DNA of 64,000 nucleotides from Botryllus schlosseri (Eukaryota), in NCBI GenBank assembly GCA_051294905.1, contig CM119371.1, positions 10,790,001 through 10,854,000 of the forward strand, in the 5' to 3' direction. Under the pieces are notes generated by a model, which was not told the DNA's origin, did no database searches, and worked only from the letters and a program-made list of their open reading frames with translations. This document shows, in pieces, positions 52,681-64,000 of the stretch (position 1 is the stretch's first letter; each line of letters begins with the position of its first letter). Made by a program: the position numbers and the translations under genes.

Positions 52681-54581
52681 TCGAGTAGTAGAATTATTGG
52701 GCGCAGCATAACAGGCGACTCTAATTTGAGTTTCGTCGCTAGGCCAGTGTGCATAAGGCTTAAGTCAAATATTAACAATATACTAATCCAACCCATGCAT
52801 CGAAAGTACGATGCACGGAAAATAAGCTATCGCCAAACTTGTTTTTCAGAATGGCAGGACATGGCAACAGTTATGGTGCCAGTTACATTTGACGAGGGAT
52901 CAGAAGTGAATCTTCTAAAGCGGATACCTTCCTACATGAGCCGATTCATTGTTCCGGGAAATTTGCAGTTTCGAGCCTACAACTACGGAGGATATCCAAA
53001 CGCACTATGTCCAGGAATCAGGTACGTGGCAATACTCGCAATATGCTAATGCAGGGCTGTGTCATAATTAGGGTGAACGTGAATTGTCTTTATTGCCGGA
53101 CCTTTAGTCGATTAGAAATATCAACAGTGTCAGCTACAGATTTTTCGAATAATTCAATTGGAAGGATTTGTATTTGATTTCAAAAACAATGAAATATTTT
53201 CAACTGCCATTGTCAGCGCTTATGATAACAGTATCGTATTTGTACCGTTGTTTCTTGGTCAATTCCTAATGTCATTATTGTCATATTATTTCCACAAAAT
53301 CGTTTCGATAAATGGCATAGTCGAATGAAGTCTTCATAATTTTTTTGTTATGTGCCATTCCCATCTGTCCTGTTCAACAAAGACGAAATTGCATTGGATT
53401 AGCACTTTCAACCTAGAATAATTCATCTTCAGTCTTCTCACAACGGCGAGACCGGAAGACGTGTGCATTGGGGGAATATCAAACGATATTACGACTCGTG
53501 GATCATGCGGTGACTTTGCTGGTAAGCAATCAATAGAATCTGGCGTACGGATCGTAGTATTTAGTGACTGACCTGCATTTGGTATAACGAAAACCACCAA
53601 GTAGCCTATTTGATTGCCGAAGACACGTAATGTATAGATGAGTAACTTCATCATCGTAATCTACTACGCCAATTACGGCCTTTCTTCTAGACTCCTTTCG
53701 TGGTCACATAATATTAATTAATATGTAGATAATTATATTGGGTTCTTTATTAATGAATTTTGGTAGGCGTCTCGAGTAGTAGTTAGCTATCATATATTTC
53801 TTTGTTATAACATGTTCATGCTACAACACAGAAGAAGTAATAAAGTTACTCTCGCAATGTTGTCTCACGATTTAAACCGCCTTCAATTTAATATTATATT
53901 TCGTAAATCAGGTTGGGATGAAGCATATGGAAACAGTTCGGTATCATCTGATATGTCGTCTACCATACTCATATTCTACCGATGAGACCGGACTGAAAAA
54001 GACTATCAAATTCTTGCAAATGGAGATGAATATGCATTTAATATGGAGATATTTATACACGACATATTGTATGGCTGGATTTGCAACTGGCGTTAGCAGT
54101 ATACTATCACTGTCACACCAATGACAACGAATCAATTTCAATAATGATTTTTGTTGGTGGTGTTTACAAGGTCGTTCGATTATTGACAATTTCATACAGG
54201 ATTAAGTGGTTATCAACACGATTTAACTCCAATTCGTGGTTAATGACCTGTGTATGGTCCGAGTTTCATATTTACGATCAAACTACTCGTTTGGATTGCT
54301 AGCATTCTGGTTGCATTTTGTGATATGACGATATGGGACGGTGGTCGCGAAGTTTTTCACTATCATCAAGGGGGTCGAGTCTATAAAAGTTTTGAGAACC
54401 ACTGAATGCAAAGATAATATGAGTAGGAGAAGGTATCGACGATATGTGTAAAGACTCCTTTTGTCCAAATTTGACCAACCTTTTTTGGAATCAGTATACA
54501 GTCTGACCGATGCTGTGTTTTAACAGACGGCGCCCGAGTATAACTTGACATCACACAGGAATAGAAATTATATTATATAAT

Positions 54582-57500
54582 TCAACGAGTCCCGTAAAGA
54601 ATATTTTCTTTCATAACATGTGCGACTGTACCACCATCGTTTTGTTCTGCCGACGAAACTGTGTGATCGCAGGAGCTCAGATTCACGGGATTCGCAGTGT
54701 CATCATCGGTTACATAAGTCTCGTTATTTTTGAACAAGGCCGTATCATTCTTGGTGACTACGAAGGATGCGTCCACTTCGTAAATAACATTTTCCTTGTT
54801 TTCCGCGATTACTTCCTGCTTCTTGACCCTTCTGAAAATATTTTACAGGTTATTACCCCATGACCACTATATTGAAGATCGTGTGAACTCACAATGACTA
54901 ATTCGTTCTAGTTTTGATATGAAGCACGTGATAATTCCTACTTGAGAGAGAGACAACCACCAATAATTCCAAAGATTTCGCATGTTCGCTAACGTACGAG
55001 GACATTACTAGTTGCCTGATACTTACGGTATCTAATATCTATGTTTATGAAGTCAGAGAATATACATGGCAAACAAACATTTTATTTGCGGGTGTAACGA
55101 ATGGAGATTTGAAGACTTCAGTGATGTTGTGTCTTCATTTTAATATGACAATGCAATAACGCTAATATCTAATTTGACGTAGCAGGTGATGGAAACTAAC
55201 CAAAACTGCTAGAATTCGACGGAAACTAGTGTGCAATTAGGCTACAATTGAGTCTTTTTACATATGGACCATAATTTTTGGGCGCGGCAATTTAAAGATA
55301 CAAGCTCAGATATGGAAGGTTTTGCAGTTGATCGCATGTGGCAAAATTATCACCCATGTCAAACATTTTGTATTTACATGTCTGAAATTCGGTCTACTTT
55401 TTGGCCAAGGTGTTATATCTAGTACACCTCTTTAGAATAATCGCCCCTTAAAACAGGGGCGGGCAAACTTTTGAGCTCGCGGGCCGCATTCAACATCTGA
55501 ATCCATTCGCGGGCCGCACCAAAACGCAATATTGGTATTTGATCACATAGCGAGGAAATGGAGAGGCTTAAAACCAAACATTGCTTTGATGATATCGTAC
55601 ACGCGTCAGAAACAGTGGCGAGATTTCATAGGCTGGTCGAACTCAATAACCAAAGTGTCAAAACTGTAGAGATGAAAGTCGATTGTCCCTATTCTTAGTA
55701 CAGGATTGAAATTTGAATATGTGAGCAGCTAACTGCTCATAGATTTACTAATTCCACTTTGGTTTAGTGCAAGGACACACAATGCTGACGGAATTATACC
55801 CATGTTAGCATCAAACACGCTTCTACTATATACCCTAATTCTACGCATGCAGAGAATCGGATAGTTTGATGGCATGAACGATGACGACCGTGGATGAGAG
55901 ATTTTTGAATATGAAATTCGTACTAAACACAGAGCCACAACTGAGACTGGATGTAAATCGCGCGGAGCGCGAAAAAATTTTTCATTTGAGATCAGCTTCG
56001 CGGCCCCTTTCGGTTGCTTTCACGCCCCAAGGGGGCGAGCTGCTCAGTTTGAGAACCACTGCCTTAGAATTATCATGTTGCAATATACTAAGAAAAAGTT
56101 GTATTAATTCGATTTTTAGTAAGAATTTTATCAATATTTTTAATAAGTTTCTTCAGACTTTCGCGGGCCGCACAAAACGGTGTTGCGGGCCGCATGCGGC
56201 CCGCGGGCCGTAGTTTGCCCACCCCTGCCTTAAAATGTATAGGTCGTTATTTGAGGAAAAATCTGACTGTGATGCTCTTTAGTATTTAGGACATAACTTT
56301 ATTGTATGTAAATCATATTGGCGGCTGAGCCGAATCTCAGTTTCTTACGGATATGAAAGACTGATTCCCTTCAGTTTACAGTGATAATTCAACCATTATA
56401 TCCAGGAGGTGTGCATTGAGAGAAAGGGATCAGTAAAACTTTGAATGCAGGTCAGATAGAAAAGATTTTTCTCTTCTTGTGACTAAGACTTTATTGACAT
56501 TTTATAACGCTACTGGGACATGGAAAACTGATATGCGTATGCACTAAGTCGAAAATCGCTGATAGTAAAGTTCACAAAAGAGTCCACTTACTTTCTGTAC
56601 AACAGAATGAGAGCCACCAATACAAGAATCGCTAGGAGTACGCATGCCACAATACCGACTATGACTTCATAACGTAGCGCTGATCCAGAATCTGAATAAA
56701 AATCCGTGTCGACAGCCAATCAAAACGGACTCGACGTAATTTTATTCTTGTCAACGCAGTCATATTAGCGTACTGAAAACACATCCAGTAAAGACACTTT
56801 AGCAGGCGTTAAGCGGACTGAAATATTAAAATTTTGACATTTTGTGACCTTGAAGAATTTAATTTTGACTAATTTTGACCTCGTGTATGTAAATTAGGTG
56901 TTTTCGCACATAATTTCAGAATTGTGCTACCCATCTTCATTTCTGGTTAGATCTGTCTGTCCTTGCGAAGTACTTTGGCCTAAAAAAACTTTTTTTCACT
57001 TGAAAACTGACATATTTTTACATGAAAAAACTCTATTTTAATAAAATCTGGACCTATGAAGAATTCCAGCAGTTATGTCACGCATTGTGGTAGATATAAT
57101 TAAAATTTGCTGTAGTACAACAAACAATAGTTTCCTTGAATCTCGGGTAAAAAGTGCCTGTCCTTACTAAGTAGCTTGTCAAGAATGAAGAAAGAACATT
57201 CAACAGCGGCAGTTGTTCGTTGGCAACACTGAAGTTATGCGTACACTGCTGGTGACACAAAGTTTTTTCATTCTGACAATGTTCCCTACATCAGAATTTT
57301 TCCTCATGTGCTTCTCGATAGAAGAACCAATGCCCACATAGTCTTGTTTCAGTTAGGATTAGGATGTTGAGGTACGTTGTGCATAACAGCATGTCAACCA
57401 CATTTGTTTCATTTGACCGTTTATGATTGACAATGAGCAGAGAATGGGCCATCTACAACGGTGGGTCTATAAAGTAGGCTACAAGTTATAAAATGTCAAA

Positions 57501-60500
57501 TGCTCACCGACAGTGCCAACATCTACGATATAAACGAAATGCAGGTTGCAAAAAAAATTTACTTCGTGAACTATTTTGACAATTTTTTTTTATCTAACGC
57601 TACAATTTTGACAACATTTTGATTTTTTGACATATCAAAAACATCCACCAACTAATAACTAAATGTTATATTTGCGGGATTACGGAATTGAAAAATCATA
57701 TACACGTCCAAAAATGAATGATTGATTTTTTCATTTTTGATGACAAGAAAAGGACGTATTCACGTCTTTTTTAGGAAGTTTGTAAATTAGGGATTACTGA
57801 GGGTGCGTTCTTTCGCTTATTATTTGAATCCATTTTTGAGACCCTCTTTGAGTTTGCCTCAAAGTATCCAGAATTTTATGTGAAATTGATACTAGCCTAC
57901 TGAGTTCAACGATGCCATCACGTTAATGGAATACTCACTAAATGAGGCCTCGGTGTCCACTGCGCTGTTCGGCACATACCTCTCGTCTGTTTCTGTCACG
58001 ATTAACTTGGTAGACTCTATACCTGCGTCAGTATATATGGTGGGAATATATCCGGCAGTGCTTGATAGTTCTGTTATTGGCAAGAGGTGGTCAATAGGAT
58101 TTAAGACTTAGGACATAGGACGCTGTTTATTTTTGTCCTTGATGTTTTCGCGACATATACAACTACTCAAAATATGACGCACACACGATCCGTGCGTATG
58201 CATACAATGAGTGCATGATGAGCATATGCCGCTGGACAATGAAGGTGCAGAAATTGCCGAGTAAGGATTTCTAAGTCATGCACAATCCCGCCAATGCTAT
58301 CCTGGTAAATTAAAGTAGTCGAGACACCTACTCAAGTACGGAAAAGAGTGGCGCCGCAGAATTAAACTAGAAAGCGAGTATAAGTGGTGCTTTACGAAGC
58401 AGCCAAATTTACTCGAAATGAAATTTGTTTGTAGATCTATAAATTTCAAACATTTTCCTGCTCTTTGTTTACTGCAATGAAACTGGCATGTGGGCGACTA
58501 TATACGCGATCTGAAATTGCACACGTGAATAACGCAACCGCTGTTGACCGAGACTTTTGTGAAAATTTATCGTTCATTCCACATTTATTCCGCGCAAAAA
58601 ATGACAGAACTTCGGGACTCTTCGTCAAAACAGACCCTAAATATTTCCGTATTGGTCTCTCTCTCTTTATTAAAAGTACCTAACACTGGTACTTGAGAAT
58701 CTGTAAATAGCAAAAGGTAAGTAGTTCACAAGACTTAACGAATTACAAGTGGAAGTGGCGGAAAATTAGATTTACCTGAGTAAATACTGCAAGCGGGCGA
58801 AATCTACCCGAGTACTTGGAAAAAGTAGAAGTACTTCGTCATTGACCTTCTCTGGCAATTACAAATAAATACAAATAAATATGCAAATTATTGTTCTCGC
58901 TGACATCCCGTATTCTTTCGTAATATTGAAGGTTGGTAATATGCAAATAATGTTACGTCTTTCTGAAAATTACTTGGTAACACACAGTGCCGTAATGTCA
59001 CGAGCACTGGTTGCGTGCACGACAATTGTTACCGTATAAATAAATATCCGACACCAAAAAGAGCAATAAATATTTGCTGAAAGAATCCTTCGATTGCGGT
59101 TCATCGCGCGAAAAACAATTGAGGTGGTGAACATTACCCGAAATGTTTGGTAAATAATTTTCAGGTTACCATTCGCTGAGCCCATAAAATTGGATAAGTT
59201 ATTGCTTGAAGACCAAAAAAATAATTGTGTATTGATGCTGCATATACACATTCCCATACGCGAACCCTGTACTATACCATCATGTACCGCCAGTGTTTCA
59301 GGTATCCCCGCTTGGAAACCAATCCTGGTAAATGATCGTGACTCTATATTGTTTGAGCCGCTTCTATATATCGATCCTTTTGATATGTATTGGAATGATT
59401 TATTAAATAAATAAAAATATACCTTTGGTTCCTTCAGTAGAAAATTCTCCAGTCTCGTATAGCAACTCACTTGTTTCAACCAGATATGAATCTGTTAAAG
59501 ACGGAATCCACTGTTGGACATCAAGTACTAAATTAATGATCAACTTGATTTGCCGCCGATAGGCCTTCTGTTCTGCAGTCTACAAGATTCAGACAGTAAA
59601 ACGTCACTCAAGCAAGGCCCCGATTCTGCATACTGTCTGATTTACAACCGAGATTGGTAGCGAGAAGTATACATTACGCATTTCAATTTCAAAGTGTTCC
59701 AATGTTTTTGAATGAATTATTCCACTGATTTGTGAAATTGTCGTCTGCTGCGACATCGAAATTCAACCCCTCCCGTGAAACTTTGATCGACTACCTATTT
59801 TTAACAGATTCATAATATATTTTATATGTAGGCCTAGTAAATACTACACCATAATTGGTTTTTAATATTAATAAATACGGTCGGAATAAGGTCACCCTCG
59901 ATAGTACCGTGTATGAACTATGGCGTAGGCTACCGGAAAGCCTAACGACACCAAACAAGTCGGTTGTTCGACAAGTTTACCGATTTGTGGAACCATTATG
60001 CCAATCGCCAAGCTTCCGGCTAGCGCAAATATTCGCTGAGGTATTAAAAACAAAATCCATCACGTCTAGCTACACGTACACATCTAATATAGTAGTATAA
60101 TTTACCGGTGGACAAAATGAACATTAAACATTGCATCTATCGTGTGTATTAAAAACCAATAAATGTAATTAGAATACGACGTAAGTCATTGTGGCTTTTT
60201 ATATTCCCATTCAGATGCCACTGCAGAAATGCAAGGATTCGCCTTTGCAAGTGTCATCACATTGTTCGATCGAAAAGCAAAAGCATGGCATCAATTACTG
60301 AATTGCAAATGAGCTTATAAATAGTGGAGACAGAATTAACAGTTCAGAATGACAATTTCGAAACAACCACTCCCCTGCGTTCACCCATTAAAACAGTGAC
60401 AATTCGAATGATAATTGTGCCGAATGGCCTGTAATCATTGATGGCCCAAACTGGCGTATCATCACATATCACACATATGTAATATCATGTGACAAAATTT

Positions 60501-63500
60501 TGCAAGAGTCTTAGTTAACTAAAAATTGTTATGTTCTGCGCTTTAGTATTCCAATCTAATTACAAAAATACCAATTTTTTTCCTGAAGTGTACCAAATTT
60601 TAAAGAAATGTAAATCTCTCTAATTTTTCAATTTTTCCCATAATTTCTCCGCATTAATCACAATAATTATTCATTGCAGGGAAGAAGACGCTAATGAAAA
60701 TGTTATTATGAACAAATATAGCTTATTAACTCATCAAGTAACAAATGAACACTTTAAAACTCGTCAGAAGAGGTTTTGTTTGCGTGACTTTTGTCTGTGA
60801 AATGAGAAATCTTCTCTTATTATGGACCAAAAATAACAGCATGTACCAAAATTTTGCACAATTTTATCTGAGTAAAACTTTTTATGAATTGTGGTTTGCT
60901 ATTCCAAACCGATCACTAAAATACAAAAATTTCTTTCGAAGTGTCCCTATAGTCGTTGAGATATGTCACTTGTGATTTCTCGTTTTACTCAAAATTGCCC
61001 TGTAATAATACACATAATTAATTATTGGACGTACATATGTACGAATGATGACGACCATAGATTATAAAAGGATGAAAACACTTCAACAATTTTCCAAAGT
61101 GGTATTGCTTTCATGATTTGGGTGTATAAACGGAGAAATCTGCTGGTATTACGGAATACCGTAAAAATCGATCATGTCCATTTCTCAACGAAGGACATCG
61201 TTGCCTAGTTTCACCTTGGCGTCTGAAGATTTGCACTTAATTTAGTGATTCCCGACTTTATCATCAAGTTCGTGTTAGTTACGAATGTGTGGTTTAGATT
61301 TATATCTATATAGGAGATGTTGAAGTCGTTATCAGAGTCATTTTCTGTATCTTTGGGCCCCGTCGAGTCTTCTGGAGCTTTTTTCACCTGGTAGTTTTAG
61401 CAGTGAAAACTAACTGCAATAGGAAACAGGTGCTCAAGAGTAGATGGAGTAGAAGGATATGCAATGTCAAGTCATTTTTTAGTTATTCTGAACCTTGGAA
61501 TGTCACCCATACAGAAAGAACAGTCTTCTATAAGGTTTCGACTTCCCCTTCAGCTTCTTTAATAACAAATGACATTGAATGCCAATCTCTCTTTAGACAT
61601 CCGTCCATATTTCATCCGCATGTTTCGCAGATTACATTAAATGAGCAGTTTTTATCATTGTCCCTAATCTTCATGCCAAAGTGAAGTTAATAAGCATAAA
61701 CCGTACTACGGTCTGTATTTTATGCTTAACTTGTTTCAAACAGATATACAGACCACAGATCTATCATAATCGGCCCGCAAGCATATTACATATGTGAGCT
61801 TGCTTGCTGTAGCAAATACTGACTAACTGAGACGGAGAAGATGATTATTGCTAACAACCAACTATCATGAATTGAAAGATGGATTCATGTGATGTCACTG
61901 GTCATAGGAATTTCAATGAAGGAGCTTGAAAAACGTAGTGCGGGCAGCTTATAAAGGCATTTTTTAACGACCCTTCAGGCCAATAAATGCCAGAAACATG
62001 TTTTACTAAGGAATATGTTATAGGAAATATCCAAATATCGGCTTAACTAAATTGTTGTTGCATCGTGTAATAGTTGAGCGTTCTGACCCCGAGGAAACGC
62101 CGGTTAATAAAAACCTCGTTAATACTATTTGCGTTTATTGAAAATAGTTCCAGATTTTCTGTGTTGTCAATGATATTGAAAAAAAAATACTGAACACCGT
62201 CCTGAAAATATATGAATCTATCACGACAAGTTTATAGGTGCAAGATATGCGTGGTTGGGTGGTCATGGTCAGTATGACTCGAAAATAGCCCGCGATCGCT
62301 TGCATCACTCAGTCCAGGTACTTTGAAGACGGTGCATGTTTAGGAAGTTGCCCGATTCGACTGATATTAGAATCATAGATATATGTGAACAGTCCACAGA
62401 AAGTTTTTAAATTATGGGTGCGCGCATCGCCGATTTCACGATAGGACGTTTCGCCACTAATACTAGTATTACAGTTATCATTATAGTAGGGTTACGATAT
62501 TTTGAGATACGGATAGAAGCGAGTTTTTGACAGGCTGCGAAAGGTACTACAGCGAACCAGAGAATAGGAGAATTTAATATTTATAAAGCAACTATCTTTT
62601 TGTCGACTTGAAAATATTATTTTCCGATTCGACTCCCGAAATACCCTTCGTACGTCGTTAAGGCCAACATTTCCGTCTTTCTCGTGGCCTTTTTGACTAT
62701 TTTATTCTAAAAAAGAGGACGAATTGCCAAAGAGGAGTAGATTTGGAAGAAAAGGACGACATTTCTTAAAAATGGGGAACGGACGTATGGTTACTCTACA
62801 TTCAATAGTCTAGTACTCTAGTTCATAAGATCTCATGAACTGATAACAACAGCATGATATTCCACCACATACCATCATAGCTCGATACACCTTCGTGTAT
62901 ATCGGGTGGAAATGTTGCTGTTGTTGCTGCTGATTCGTTTGTTGAACCTGAAATACAATTATGTGCTGTTAGTTCGAGTCATGGCGACGCTATTTTTGTG
63001 ATAAAACGATTATGTAGTTAACAATTGTGCTGACTTGATATTTCAGCAGTGACATAAAAGCACGACGCGACGCTGTCAAAGTAATACGTCTGAAACTCGC
63101 AATAGCCGTTACCTAGGCTTACCATATGTCCTCTTTTAGTAGGCTTTTTGCTCTTTTTACAAGAGCAGTTAATGGCCCTCCGATGACGTTAAAAATACCA
63201 TAATATCCCATTATTTGCATTTCGAGGTTGCTGGTTGTATTCGCAACCGGAATTTTGGGCGAGACGTTGTATACTTCGGGAAAAACTAGCGTATCCATGG
63301 CAAATCCAAAATTTGTGATTTTTAAAAGGTTTTCCAGCAAATTGTGAGGACCTGACGCAATTCTTTCTTCAATGCAGTCGCAATGGCGCAGAGAAATGAA
63401 GTTTTGAGCACGAGGCTGTATACAATTTCAATGATATTTTGCGTAAACAATTTCACTGTCTCATTAAAAATACCCATGCCTAATGGGCAAAATTTAAAGG

Positions 63501-63884
63501 ATTCGCAACGTATTTTTGGGCGGACACGACAAAATATGATTAGTCGTTTTTGTTCCTAATTACTTTGCTTTGTTTTGCTTACATATACCGAGGAAATGTG
63601 GAACATCATCAAACTGAAATGTAACAAGTAATCAATCGGTTGAGTTTGTTAAAAGATGCGTTTTATTATTCCAATATACCTCTATCTACACAATTGTACT
63701 CGATTTCCACATATCCCTTAACTTGTTCACAGAGTGAGGCGAAATCGTTATCATCCTTCTTCGGTAGCAGGCACGATTCGTGATTCTCGCAAGAATTCTT
63801 CAATATGTTTAGACCATCCGGTCGGTTGCATGTTTTCTTATTCCACCACCAGCCGCATCTGTGTGAATACATGCGTGTAATCAT
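54582..63884 (-). CDS. Type I membrane protein: SUEL/rhamnose-binding-lectin-like domain, Ser/Thr stalk, TM, tyrosine-motif tail; 5' incomplete, middle exons uncertain
   Basis: Lectin-like exon ~63890-63680 (C..TC..GLNILKNSCENHESC..FASLCEQVKGYVEIEYNC). Candidate stalk exons 62947-62873, 59491-59423, 59376-59278, ~58105-57900. TM exon 56691-56592 (VIVGIVACVLLAILVLVALILLYRK). Last exon 54831-54582 with ENVIY, NNETY and ENILY. Confidence 0.65.
55454..56227. mobile_element. Charlie/Buster-like hAT MITE
   Basis: CAGGGGCGGGCAAACT / AGTTTGCCCACCCCTG; perfect TSD ccttaaaa; CGCGGGCCGC subterminal repeats. Confidence 0.92.
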
Positions 63885-64000
63885 CAGGAACGATGGGCGA
63901 TTGTTTAAAAAGTGAGTATCAATATCAAAATATTGGAACCATCATGAAAACCAATGAAGAGTTCAAACGTTTACGTAGAAACATAGTTTCATAATAGCGA

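Larger units (their letters stand above)
31097..53985 (+). pseudogene. Intelectin-like gene with ~232-aa inserted domain and one in-frame TGA (null allele or young pseudogene)
   Basis: Exons (30999/ATG 31097)-31165, 31224-31337, 32496-32628, 32913-32995, 33557-33719, 47318-47472, 49846-49910, 50854-50959, 51013-51171, 51262-51380, 51952-52043, 52850-53021, 53433-53521, 53912-53985; all phases consistent, 530 codons. Intelectin motifs SCLEL..GLYKL, FCDMETDGGGWSLVASIHE, DDYKSPAYY, IWHSP..LRYRT, QFRAYN..NALCPG, CIGG, CGDFAG, IFYR*. TGA at 32592-32594. Confidence 0.9.

Noticed and set aside
57170..57470. Cys/His-rich minus-strand stretch, possible piggyBac remnant or exon
   Set aside because: Contains stops, no diagnostic motif and no identifiable TTAA-flanked TIRs.

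Overview
AT-rich, intron-rich animal genomic DNA. The gene families and short introns suggest an ascidian/tunicate (inference). I reconstructed four spliced genes by hand from GT-AG boundaries and codon phase. (1) A + strand LDLa-bearing, LRR-less LGR/RXFP-like GPCR (~1.5-13.6 kb). (2) A - strand, intact 7-exon, 293-aa DUF4806-like gene inside a transposase-less EnSpm/CACTA element (24753-30732), which sits in a four-level transposon nest. (3) A + strand intelectin-like gene (31.1-54.0 kb) whose intelectin fold is split by a ~232-aa, 6-exon foreign domain. It has a remodelled sugar-binding site and one TGA at a conserved Trp. (4) A - strand type I membrane protein with a SUEL/rhamnose-lectin-like domain, Ser/Thr stalk, TM helix and NxxY-rich tail (54.6-63.9 kb, 5' incomplete). 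Much of the rest is non-autonomous hAT elements with 8-bp TSDs, a pogo-like and a Harbinger-like MITE, and a decayed L1/Tx1 LINE, often concentrically nested. No database searches were run; family calls rest on recognised motifs.
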